Below, in pieces: positions 54,452 to 62,225 of a DNA stretch of 64,000 bases. How positions within the stretch are numbered: position 1 is the stretch's first letter; each line of letters starts with the position of its first letter. The stretch comes from a virus (taxonomy: Duplodnaviria > Heunggongvirae > Uroviricota > Caudoviricetes). The stretch lies in the IMG/VR virus record IMGVR_UViG_3300020156_000003, positions 46,825 through 110,824 of that record. One strand, given 5' to 3'. The translations under genes were made by a program, and so were the position numbers. Below the pieces are notes generated by a model that saw only the letters and a list, made by a program, of their open reading frames with translations, was not told the origin of the DNA and made no database searches.

Positions 54452-54912
54452 TGAAACATTCGTATCACGGTCACGGCAGCTCCAGCGATCCGACTTATAG
54501 CAAGTATCAGGCGATGAAGCAGCGCTGCCTGAATCCGAAGCATAAGTCGTATCCGGACTACGGCGGGCGCGGCGTCAAGGTCTGTGACCGCTGGCTCGAA
54601 TCCTTCGACAACTTCCTTGCTGATATGGGTGAGGCGCCGGAGGGTATGACCATCGAGCGCAACAACTCGAACGGCAACTATGAACCTAGCAACTGCAAGT
54701 GGGCCACCAAGCAGGAGCAGGGACGAAACACAAGGCGATGCCTGAGTGTCGTGGTTGACGGCGTCGCGTATCGGAGTTTGCGTGCCGCTGCGGAAGCATT
54801 CGGACTGCCATATTCGACTGTGAAGATGCGGACATCCCAATACGGGTGGACGGTTGAGGAGGCGCTGAAAACGCCTATTGATGTTTCCAAAAGAAAGGTG
54901 GGTGCCGCATGA
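54451..54912 (+). CDS. HNH homing endonuclease-like protein
   Basis: IERNNSNGNYEPSNCKWATKQEQGRN resembles the HNH_3 family. C-terminal DNA-binding module VVDGVAYRSLRAAAEAFGL. Confidence 0.5.
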   Translation: MKHSYHGHGSSSDPTYSKYQAMKQRCLNPKHKSYPDYGGRGVKVCDRWLESFDNFLADMGEAPEGMTIERNNSNGNYEPSNCKWATKQEQGRNTRRCLSVVVDGVAYRSLRAAAEAFGLPYSTVKMRTSQYGWTVEEALKTPIDVSKRKVGAA

Positions 54913-55109
54913 CGCTGACGGACGAAGAAATCCGCGCGGAGTTTGAAGCGGTTTGCAAAGCGAGCCAAACCGTCAAATTCCCACTCGGAGTGATGACCAT
55001 TAACGGACGGTTTCATCACTACATGGATCCCGACACTGACAACGCATGGCTTGGCTTTCGGGCGGGATTTAAGCGCTGCTTGAAGAAGATGGAGAAGCCA
55101 TGTGCGTGA
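54909..55109 (+). CDS. Hypothetical small protein
   Basis: ORF. Confidence 0.35.
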   Translation: MTLTDEEIRAEFEAVCKASQTVKFPLGVMTINGRFHHYMDPDTDNAWLGFRAGFKRCLKKMEKPCA

Positions 55110-55483
55110 CCTGCGACTACTGCGGCAAGCCAGCGGAGCAGGTTACGGGCAAGGCGATCTACCCGCACCGGCCCGACCTGTTCCACAAGACGTTCTACCG
55201 CTGCGTGCCTTGCAGGGCATATGTCGGCTGCCACCCTGGCACGACTCGTCCGCTCGGGCGCCTGGCGAACGCTCAATTGCGCGCGGCAAAGTCGGCAGCC
55301 CATGCGGCTTTCGACCCGATCTGGAAGGGCGGCCACAAAAAGCGCGGTTCGGCGTATGCGTGGCTGGCTGACCAGCTCGGCATCCCGCAGGAGAAGTGCC
55401 ACATTGGCATGTTCGATGTGGGTATGTGCGAGCGGGTAATCCACGCTTGCAGCAATTTTGACCCTACAAAGGAGAAGGCATGA
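55100..55483 (+). CDS. Zinc-finger protein, DUF3268-like.
   Basis: CDYCGKPA...YPHRPDL...FYRCVPCRAYVGCH...CHIGMFDVGMCERVIHAC. Confidence 0.5.
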   Translation: MCVTCDYCGKPAEQVTGKAIYPHRPDLFHKTFYRCVPCRAYVGCHPGTTRPLGRLANAQLRAAKSAAHAAFDPIWKGGHKKRGSAYAWLADQLGIPQEKCHIGMFDVGMCERVIHACSNFDPTKEKA

Positions 55484-55716
55484 CACTGGTTACTCAATGG
55501 TTCGGCATGGACACCCCGCCGGAAAACCCTGGCGTGTATGAAGTGACGCCGATGGACGGCCTCGTGCTCCAGTGGTGGGCGAAGTGGGACGGCAAGGAAT
55601 GGAAGATGGTCGATCACACCATCAAGAGCGCCGCACGCAACACGACGCGCAGCATGTCCTGCTACAACAAGGACGAAACGAACCGCTGGCGTGGTCTTGC
55701 GGAGAAGCCGCAATGA
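55480..55716 (+). CDS. Hypothetical protein
   Basis: ORF. Confidence 0.4.
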   Translation: MTLVTQWFGMDTPPENPGVYEVTPMDGLVLQWWAKWDGKEWKMVDHTIKSAARNTTRSMSCYNKDETNRWRGLAEKPQ

Positions 55717-55928
55717 CGGCTGACGCTCGCATCATTTTCCTCGCCGGATGCCTGCTGATGGGCGTGACAGCCTACGCCGCCGCGTGGGGATTGCTTCACG
55801 ATCCCCTCGCCAACATGCTGAACCGCCTCTTTGGCGTCGGCTACTCGGACGCGTGTTTCTACTCGACCAGCCTTCTGCTGTTCTTGACCGGCGCGGGCAT
55901 CGCGCTCGGCGCCTGGAGATGGCTGTGA
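55713..55928 (+). CDS. Small transmembrane protein
   Basis: ATGA coupling with the upstream gene. Two hydrophobic helices. Confidence 0.35.
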   Translation: MTADARIIFLAGCLLMGVTAYAAAWGLLHDPLANMLNRLFGVGYSDACFYSTSLLLFLTGAGIALGAWRWL

Positions 55929-56107
55929 TTCGCGGCGTGAAATACAAGGATACGACCGCCGGCAAGGGCAGTGCGCTTGCCGCAGCGATCGAGGAATCTC
56001 CCGAGTCGGCCAAGAAGGTCTACGAGGAGACGACGGCCCGCTTTGACGCGCTGTACGCAGGCGCTAAAGAGGATCGGATTTGGTTCATTCAAAGGAGCAA
56101 GCAATGA
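55919..56107 (+). CDS. Hypothetical small protein
   Basis: ORF. The start codon is uncertain. Confidence 0.3.
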   Translation: MAVIRGVKYKDTTAGKGSALAAAIEESPESAKKVYEETTARFDALYAGAKEDRIWFIQRSKQ

Positions 56108-56535
56108 CAAAGGTTTCCTCGCAAAGTTCGACCGCGAAATTCTCCATGATGCCGCGCTACCTGCGACAGACGAAGGCGTTCGAGTGGTGCAAAAAGGCGT
56201 TCGGAGACGCTGTCGTTGTCAACAAGCCCGAGCGTGGCGCGCGAATGCTTGAGGAGGCACTGGAGCTGGCCCAAGCGACCGGCGTGACTGAGGAGATGGC
56301 GGCCAAGCTGGTCAAGCATGTCTTCTCGCGTCCGGTAGGCGTCGTCGCACAAGAGGCGGGGCAGTTGCAGTTGACCTTGCTGATCCTGTGCGAGCAGTTC
56401 GGATTTCAGGCTGATTGGGAGGAGGCGACGGAGTTGGCTCGCGTTATCGCCAAAACTGACGCCGACCCGAAACATTTTGCTGCGCGCCTGAATGCTAAAG
56501 CGGACGCCGGCGTGGCGATTTACAGCGAAGTTTAA
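56104..56535 (+). CDS. Hypothetical protein
   Basis: AAAGGAGCAAGCA RBS. Confidence 0.45.
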   Translation: MTKVSSQSSTAKFSMMPRYLRQTKAFEWCKKAFGDAVVVNKPERGARMLEEALELAQATGVTEEMAAKLVKHVFSRPVGVVAQEAGQLQLTLLILCEQFGFQADWEEATELARVIAKTDADPKHFAARLNAKADAGVAIYSEV

Positions 56536-56551
56536 CGACAAGGAGCAAGCA

Positions 56552-56749
56552 ATGAGCAAGACACCGGAGCAAATCATGTTGACGATGGTGCGTGGCGAGA
56601 TCGCCGCCCTGCCGGAAGATCAGCAGGCAAAGATCAAAGTGGCGCGCGCCGAGTTCGAGGAAGTGCTGCGCAAGCACGAAAACCTGGAAGCAGGTATCGG
56701 CTACATGGCGTTCGCGCTGTTCGGCGCAGAGCAGGCGGCCGCAGCATGA
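56552..56749 (+). CDS. Hypothetical small protein
   Basis: The translation-initiation region AAGGAGCAAGCAATGA is identical to the one upstream of the gene at 56104. Confidence 0.4.
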   Translation: MSKTPEQIMLTMVRGEIAALPEDQQAKIKVARAEFEEVLRKHENLEAGIGYMAFALFGAEQAAAA

Positions 56750-57003
56750 CGACCATCCATAACCTGAACGACAGGGCTACGGTCACGCTGACCGCGGAAG
56801 GTGCCGCAGCGGCCAATGCGCACTACGACAAGGTGTTCGCCAATCTGCCGGCAAGGGCGCAGAGCGTGAAACCGCACTACCACGAAGGCGCAACGCTCTC
56901 GACCGAACTGTGGCACTTGATGCAGGTCTTCGGCAAAAGCCTGCTCGTCGGTGGGCCGAACCTGTTCAAGGACAACCGCGTGGCGATCAAGCCCGTCCAG
57001 TAA
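56746..57003 (+). CDS. Hypothetical protein
   Basis: ORF. Confidence 0.4.
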   Translation: MTTIHNLNDRATVTLTAEGAAAANAHYDKVFANLPARAQSVKPHYHEGATLSTELWHLMQVFGKSLLVGGPNLFKDNRVAIKPVQ

Positions 57004-57213
57004 CGAATGTTTAGTCAGCCGCGTTAAACCTGCCGCGGTCGCCGCAAGGCGTAATACCTCCGCGCAATGCTCGGCGCGGGAAATTGTAGGACGGGCAGAA
57101 CGGCAGTTGGAAGCGTCATTGCGAGTGACGCAGACCGATTCCAACGGTCAGGCTATGTGCAAGGAGGGTCGCGCGCCAACGCGCCCTCGCCTGACTCACC
57201 TTGAGATCATTTG

Positions 57214-57233
57214 TCTGTCGCGACGATGCGACG
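57214..57233. promoter_or_regulatory. Repeated 5'UTR motif TGTCGCGACGATGCGAC, copy 1.
   Basis: CTGTCGCGACGATGCGACG lies about 20 nt upstream of AAAGGAG-ATG. Confidence 0.45.
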
Positions 57234-57254
57234 AAACCAGTAAAGGAGAAACAC

Positions 57255-57461
57255 ATGCAAGTACAAGCAATGGTCGCCACGCCGTCCTTACCGGCCTCCC
57301 TGATTACCGATCCGAACTTCATCTACACGCCGGCCAACAAGACCGATGTGACCCGCACCTTCCGCCGTCACGGCTGGACGGAGCCGGATCGCGCCAAGCA
57401 GCGCGAGATGAAGCGCCTTTTGAACCAGTCGGAAGACGACCTGGAGCTGATGGCGGCATGA
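57255..57461 (+). CDS. Hypothetical protein
   Basis: AAAGGAGAAA RBS. Confidence 0.4.
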   Translation: MQVQAMVATPSLPASLITDPNFIYTPANKTDVTRTFRRHGWTEPDRAKQREMKRLLNQSEDDLELMAA

Positions 57462-57591
57462 TCGACGCGGTCTGCACGGTCGTCCTGTTTTTCGTGATCC
57501 TCATGTGGTTGTTTTAGCGCGCCCGTGAGGATCATTCATCGCTGACGTATCCGATACGGCAGCAGGTCTGGTAAGCAAAAGGAGCAAGGAA

Positions 57592-58038
57592 GTGCCAAGA
57601 GTTGCGTATATGAACCGTGCCGGCGAGGTCATCGATCAGGCGACCTACCGAGCGCACTTAGCGGAGCCGTCCTACGTCATCGTGCGCGAGTACGACAACG
57701 GACAGACGCAGGCCCGCCTGAAATGGGTCGGACGCATCGTCGATCCGCATCAGACCTTTCCGGAGTTCTACAAGCTGTTCGTCCTGGAGATCAAGAACTA
57801 CACGGCCGACGGCCAACTGGTTCCCGATCCCGCCGAAGGGCAGACGTTCTACCCGAATGAGGATGCGGGCATCAAAGCATACGAGACGTTCCTGACCAAG
57901 TGGACGAAGTCGGGCGTGGACGAGTTTGGCGACTTCATCGAAGCGGACAACGCGTTGATTCCGCCACCGCCGCCCGATCCGAACAAACCGGCGAGCGAAC
58001 CTGATGCGCCTGAACTGGGAGGAGTTGGAGCATGGTAA
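57592..58038 (+). CDS. Hypothetical protein
   Basis: GTG start with an AAAGGAG RBS. Confidence 0.45.
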   Translation: MPRVAYMNRAGEVIDQATYRAHLAEPSYVIVREYDNGQTQARLKWVGRIVDPHQTFPEFYKLFVLEIKNYTADGQLVPDPAEGQTFYPNEDAGIKAYETFLTKWTKSGVDEFGDFIEADNALIPPPPPDPNKPASEPDAPELGGVGAW

Positions 58039-58337
58039 AGAAAGTCAAAGATAGCGAAATTCTGAAGGAGGCCCGCCGGCTGATCGTTGACGGTCAATGG
58101 CGCTGGATATGCGGCGCGATTACCTACTGTGGCTTGGGCACCAAGCGCCAGCGCTGGCTATTAACGGCCTGGATTAACCAAATGCTCGGTCTGCACGCCT
58201 ACTACGACGAATGGCTGCGAGAGAACCATCGAGGCGCATGGGAAACTCTGCGACTCCATAACAACTGCTTTCGCGAAGGTCGCCTCGCCTGGCTCGACTG
58301 GATGATCGCCGAGTGTGAGAAGGCGGAGGCAGCATGA
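58032..58337 (+). CDS. Hypothetical protein
   Basis: ORF. Confidence 0.4.
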   Translation: MVKKVKDSEILKEARRLIVDGQWRWICGAITYCGLGTKRQRWLLTAWINQMLGLHAYYDEWLRENHRGAWETLRLHNNCFREGRLAWLDWMIAECEKAEAA

Positions 58338-58555
58338 GCAGACCGCGCCGCTTCTCGTCCTGCGACCGCATCAACGCCATCGTCAAGGGATTACTCAAGC
58401 AAGGCTGGTGTTCCCTGAAGGTCAAGGGGCATCCGCGCATCAAAAGCCCCGACGGCAAGATCACCATCACGGTGCCAATCTCGCCGTCCGATCATCGTGT
58501 GGCGCTGAACTGGATCAGCCAGTTGCGCCGTTCTGGAGTGGAGGTTTCGGCATGA
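58334..58555 (+). CDS. Hypothetical protein
   Basis: ORF. Confidence 0.4.
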   Translation: MSRPRRFSSCDRINAIVKGLLKQGWCSLKVKGHPRIKSPDGKITITVPISPSDHRVALNWISQLRRSGVEVSA

Positions 58556-58818
58556 AGAAGTTGTTTTTCGTTCTCGCGCTACTGCCGGCGCTTGGTGCGG
58601 CGCAGTCCAACACGGTGCAGGTGAGTGACAGCAATACTGTCTTCCTGCGTCCGGTGTGCAAGTTTGGCTTGCAGTTTCTCGTAGCGGTCAAGGATCACCG
58701 AAACGCGAACTCGGCAAGCTCCGGCGTGGAGCTGATCCAGGTTTTCGAGCGGTCGACCCAACATAGCACGCCTACCACGTCGACGCCTCAACCCATGCCC
58801 TGTAAGGATAGCCAATGA
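58552..58818 (+). CDS. Small secreted protein
   Basis: Signal peptide MKKLFFVLALLPALGAAQS. Confidence 0.4.
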   Translation: MKKLFFVLALLPALGAAQSNTVQVSDSNTVFLRPVCKFGLQFLVAVKDHRNANSASSGVELIQVFERSTQHSTPTTSTPQPMPCKDSQ

Positions 58819-59036
58819 AACTGCAAATCAAGGATAGCGGCGCCTGGCGCAACGTGATCAGCTTCACGGATGAGCAACAACAGGCAGTGGAAGCAGCCGG
58901 CATTGAACTGATGAAGGCGATCGATAGCCCGAAAGTCTCCATGCGCATCGTGCGTGACGATCCTTCGCAGACGGTCGAGGCGATTCTGATGAAAGAAAAG
59001 CTGTGGCGTTGGCGAGCGCCAGGGTGGCAACGCTGA
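58815..59036 (+). CDS. Hypothetical protein
   Basis: ORF. Confidence 0.4.
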   Translation: MKLQIKDSGAWRNVISFTDEQQQAVEAAGIELMKAIDSPKVSMRIVRDDPSQTVEAILMKEKLWRWRAPGWQR

Positions 59037-59044
59037 TGCATGAC

Positions 59045-59070
59045 AAGGCGCCTTCGGGCGCCATTTCTTT
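59045..59070 (+). terminator. Rho-independent terminator
   Basis: GGCGCC-ttcg-GGCGCC followed by ATTTCTTTT. Confidence 0.65.
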
Positions 59071-59405
59071 TGCCCTGGCGCTGCCACGGCAGTCCGCGGA
59101 TACGTTCATCTTTCCTGCCACACGCCGACCTGACGGTGGTATTCGCGCACGCGCGCATCGCGTGTTATATCAGCGTCCGACATGGCTGAACCGCTCCTGT
59201 ATTCCAACTGGCTTTGCCACGGTAAGCGCTTTGCCCGCCTGGCCTCGACCTCTAAAGTTCAACCATCGCAGCAATGCAACAGCGCAGCGAAAGCGCAGCA
59301 AGGATGAGTGAAACGAGCCAAGCAAATTGCTGGTCACGCCAAATACCGAACTGCAAAATTCAGTCGTCGCAATATCGCGATGCAATCTAACCGAAGGAGC
59401 AGAAC

Positions 59406-60368
59406 ATGGCACGTAAATCTTCCCGCAACTCCGCCGACGCACAGTTCAACATGACCGCCGCAGTCGACGTTTCGGCGGCCCCGGTCGAATCCACCGACAC
59501 CATCCTGTCCGGTCTACTCGATCAACTGGATGAGGTCGAAGCCGGCGCACCCGCGCTCACCGGCGACGCGGCCGAAATCATCGAAGCCGCAGAAGCCGCC
59601 GACGAACTGATCGAGCAGGTCAGCGCGGAATCGGCCGATACGGTCGCCTCGATGAACGCTGAAGCCGCCGACGAACCGCTCGACGCCGTCGATTCGCTGC
59701 TGGACGAAGTCGCCGGCGATGCCGCCCGCATCGAAGCCAAGCAAGAACTCTATGCCGAGCAGGGCGCAGACGCAGCGGCCGCCGCCGGTGACGCACCCGC
59801 GACCGACCCGGCCGAACTGACCGACAGCAAGAAGAAAGGCAAGAAGAAGACGACTGCGCCGAAGGAGCCGAAAGCCCCGAAGGAGCCGCGCGCCACCAGC
59901 GTCACGCACAAGCCTGGCGATCTGTTGAAGCACAAGCTCGGCACGGCAGCGGCAGAAGTCCTGGTGTTCGACCTGAACGACGCCGCGCTCGACGCCGACG
60001 GCCTCGCTGCCAAGCAGCAAGCGTTCGTGGATCGCATGAACGACCCCGACTCGATCGCCGACAAGGTCAAGGATAAGATCCAAATGTTCTTGGTGTGGAT
60101 GACCAAGGGCGGCGAGCTGAATGAAGTCCTGAAGCGCGCCATCACGGTGCTGCATGAGAAAGGCGAGCTGACCTCCGGCGACAAGGGCAACCTCCAGTTG
60201 AACCTGCTGGCGAAGCCGTACTCGCTCGGCACCGCGCGCAGCCAGGCGAACCAGATGTTCATGGCGTTGCCCGAACTTGGCATCACCATCAAGGAGAAGG
60301 GGCGCATGATCCCGAACCCGGACAGCGCGCTGCTCCCGATGGCGAAGACCAAGCTCGGCCTGGTGTAA
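59406..60368 (+). CDS. Hypothetical protein with an acidic Ala/Glu/Asp-rich N-terminal half and a Lys-rich linker.
   Basis: GAAGGAG RBS. Composition resembles the protein encoded at 29622. Confidence 0.5.
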   Translation: MARKSSRNSADAQFNMTAAVDVSAAPVESTDTILSGLLDQLDEVEAGAPALTGDAAEIIEAAEAADELIEQVSAESADTVASMNAEAADEPLDAVDSLLDEVAGDAARIEAKQELYAEQGADAAAAAGDAPATDPAELTDSKKKGKKKTTAPKEPKAPKEPRATSVTHKPGDLLKHKLGTAAAEVLVFDLNDAALDADGLAAKQQAFVDRMNDPDSIADKVKDKIQMFLVWMTKGGELNEVLKRAITVLHEKGELTSGDKGNLQLNLLAKPYSLGTARSQANQMFMALPELGITIKEKGRMIPNPDSALLPMAKTKLGLV

Positions 60369-60374
60369 TCGGCA

Positions 60375-60398
60375 GGGCGGGAGGTTTGCCCTCCCGCC
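60375..60398 (+). terminator. GC-rich hairpin (weak terminator).
   Basis: GGGCGGGAGG-tttg-CCCTCCCGCC. Confidence 0.45.
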
Positions 60399-60400
60399 TC

Positions 60401-60416
60401 AATCACAACTGACTTA
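60401..60416. promoter_or_regulatory. Degenerate operator site fused to a Shine-Dalgarno sequence.
   Basis: AATCACAACTGACTTAGGAG-N6-ATG. Confidence 0.45.
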
Positions 60417-60426
60417 GGAGCACGAC

Positions 60427-60777
60427 ATGCAGGACAAATTGCGCGCGATTCCGGATGATGCCTTGATTGAACTGAAGCAGCGGGTGGACGAGGAGTTCAA
60501 GCGTCGCCGCCCGAACTTACTGCGGGTGGGCAGGCAAGCCACCTTCGAGAGCAGCAAGACAGGCGAGACGGTGCGTATTCTGATCACCGGCAAGGGGCCG
60601 AAGAACTACCTCGGCACGCGCTGCGACGAGTACGGCAACCCGATCGGTGGCAGGGGCGCTCAATGGCGCGTCCACCCTGATTTTCTGACGCCGGTACTCC
60701 CGAAGAAGGCGCCGCCGCCCAAGCAGCTCGGCGTCGGTAATGACCGTCCCGCCGCAGCGCCAGTTGCGTCCTGGTAG
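60427..60777 (+). CDS. Hypothetical protein
   Basis: ORF. Confidence 0.45.
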   Translation: MQDKLRAIPDDALIELKQRVDEEFKRRRPNLLRVGRQATFESSKTGETVRILITGKGPKNYLGTRCDEYGNPIGGRGAQWRVHPDFLTPVLPKKAPPPKQLGVGNDRPAAAPVASW

Positions 60778-60819
60778 TCATAGATGAAGCATAAGGCGCG
60801 ATAAGCGCCTTTCTATGAC
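60777..60819 (+). terminator. Compound hairpin terminator
   Basis: Outer stem GTCATAGA...TCTATGAC encloses the inner hairpin AAGGCGC-gataa-GCGCCTT. Confidence 0.55.
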
Positions 60820-60925
60820 GCATTGATATAGCCTAGGAGGAATAAGCGCCCGATATAACGTCCAGGTTATACCGTCGCACTCGACCAAACGGGCGCAGAT
60901 AGGACGCGGGAATCCGACCGCTAAA

Positions 60926-60957
60926 ACGCGCTACGGGCAACCGGATTGCCCGCGCTG
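60926..60957 (-). terminator. Terminator of the minus-strand moron.
   Basis: On the minus strand, GCGCGGGCAA-tccgg-TTGCCCG(ta)GCGC followed by TTTTAG. Confidence 0.5.
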
Positions 60958-61004
60958 ATACCGAACCATACGCGGGCAATTCCAACGCTCAAAACGCGAG
61001 CATT

Positions 61005-61583
61005 TTATGCATCAGGAACGAAATACTGCTGGAGGACATTGCGCAGTCGCGCCTCCACCTTCGGATCAGCTTTGCATTTCGCTGTCAGATCAGGCGCGAA
61101 CGCCTTAATCCCATTGAGGAAGGCCATTAGTGTGTCCTCGATGTGTGCGGCAACGTGCGTGGCGCTCTGCGCCTGCACGAAAGCTAGAAGCTGCTGCGCG
61201 CCGGGGCCAGACTTGTCGCCGGAGTAATAGACGATTTGCTTGGCGTTACCTTGACCTGACAGTCGCGATTGTGCCGTGAAGGTGTGCAGGACACCGCACC
61301 TGGCGCCCCACATATCTGTCTCGGAAAACGTCAGCGAAGGATCCTGCGGCAGCAAGTATTTCTTCACCCAGGATTTGAACGTCACGTTGTCCGCCTCGAC
61401 CTTCGTCGGCGGCGCGTCGAGCAAGCCCAAGGCATCGATGGTGGAGTAGATGATGATCATCAACTGTCCGTACAGATGATTGGACAGCATCAGGTTCGTC
61501 GCCTCGATCGTGTTGATGGCATAGCCGTTGATCAAGTCCTCCACGGACTGAGCGGCGGGAGCGGTGTTTTGATTCGTTGTCAT
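61005..61583 (-). CDS. Orphan minus-strand gene (a moron) of unknown function.
   Basis: The only sizeable minus-strand CDS in a 40 kb + strand block. It has its own TTGCGC-16-TACAAT promoter, a UUCG hairpin in its 5'UTR, an AGGAAC RBS and a terminator. Confidence 0.55.
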   Translation of the reverse strand: MTTNQNTAPAAQSVEDLINGYAINTIEATNLMLSNHLYGQLMIIIYSTIDALGLLDAPPTKVEADNVTFKSWVKKYLLPQDPSLTFSETDMWGARCGVLHTFTAQSRLSGQGNAKQIVYYSGDKSGPGAQQLLAFVQAQSATHVAAHIEDTLMAFLNGIKAFAPDLTAKCKADPKVEARLRNVLQQYFVPDA

Positions 61584-61609
61584 GTAGTTATGTTCCTATG
61601 TTGGTTGGA

Positions 61610-61625
61610 CGCGTCCGAAGACGCG
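61610..61625 (-). promoter_or_regulatory. UUCG-tetraloop hairpin in the 5'UTR of the moron.
   Basis: Minus-strand RNA CGCGUC-UUCG-GACGCG. Confidence 0.45.
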
Positions 61626-61697
61626 ATGGATGAAATTGTAGCCGCCTGACGGGGCTGCGCAATTTATTTTTGGAAACGTTTCTCGCGCAAACAGGAT

Positions 61698-61713
61698 AAG
61701 TCATCGGTGACTT
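61698..61713. promoter_or_regulatory. Operator palindrome
   Basis: AAGTCATCGGTGACTT, followed by TGACTATCC and then CTGACTGATAAT. Confidence 0.55.
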
Positions 61714-61744
61714 GACTATCCTTCACCGCTGACTGATAATTCCC

Positions 61745-61763
61745 TTGTCGCGACGTGCGACAC
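61745..61763. promoter_or_regulatory. Repeated 5'UTR motif, copy 2.
   Basis: TTGTCGCGACGTGCGACAC lies about 20 nt upstream of AGGGAG-ATG. Confidence 0.45.
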
Positions 61764-61782
61764 ATCAATGAAGGGAGCCAAC

Positions 61783-61989
61783 ATGGCAACAGAAGAAAAC
61801 AATGCGCGCTTGCAGGCGCAGGTGACGGTTACGAACGACGCCGGCGTAAGCGTGCTTGTCACGGAAAAGGACAAGCGCGTCGGTCTTGTCACCTTCGGCG
61901 AAACCTGCACAACCATCGTGCTGGAGAAAGCCTATACAAACTGGTCGCGCCAAGTCGTGCGCCTGGCCCGCACCACCGCCGGAGTCTGA
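61783..61989 (+). CDS. Hypothetical protein
   Basis: AGGGAG RBS. Confidence 0.4.
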   Translation: MATEENNARLQAQVTVTNDAGVSVLVTEKDKRVGLVTFGETCTTIVLEKAYTNWSRQVVRLARTTAGV

Positions 61990-61991
61990 TC

Positions 61992-62225
61992 ATGGCGACA
62001 CTCGAAACTGTACGCGTCCAACTGACGCCGCAGGACGCCGTCAAGGTCATGAAGGGTCACGACGACCGCGGCGAACCGTGGGGTCTGAACTGCACCAGGA
62101 TCGACGGCACCTACGCCAACATGACGCTCAACGTGGACGGCTCGGACACGGAGGTTGAGATTTGTATGCGCGCCAACGGCACCTGGACGGCCTCCACCCG
62201 CCTCGTTCTCGGCGAGAAGAAATGA
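61992..62225 (+). CDS. Hypothetical protein
   Basis: ORF with a coupled start. Confidence 0.4.
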   Translation: MATLETVRVQLTPQDAVKVMKGHDDRGEPWGLNCTRIDGTYANMTLNVDGSDTEVEICMRANGTWTASTRLVLGEKK

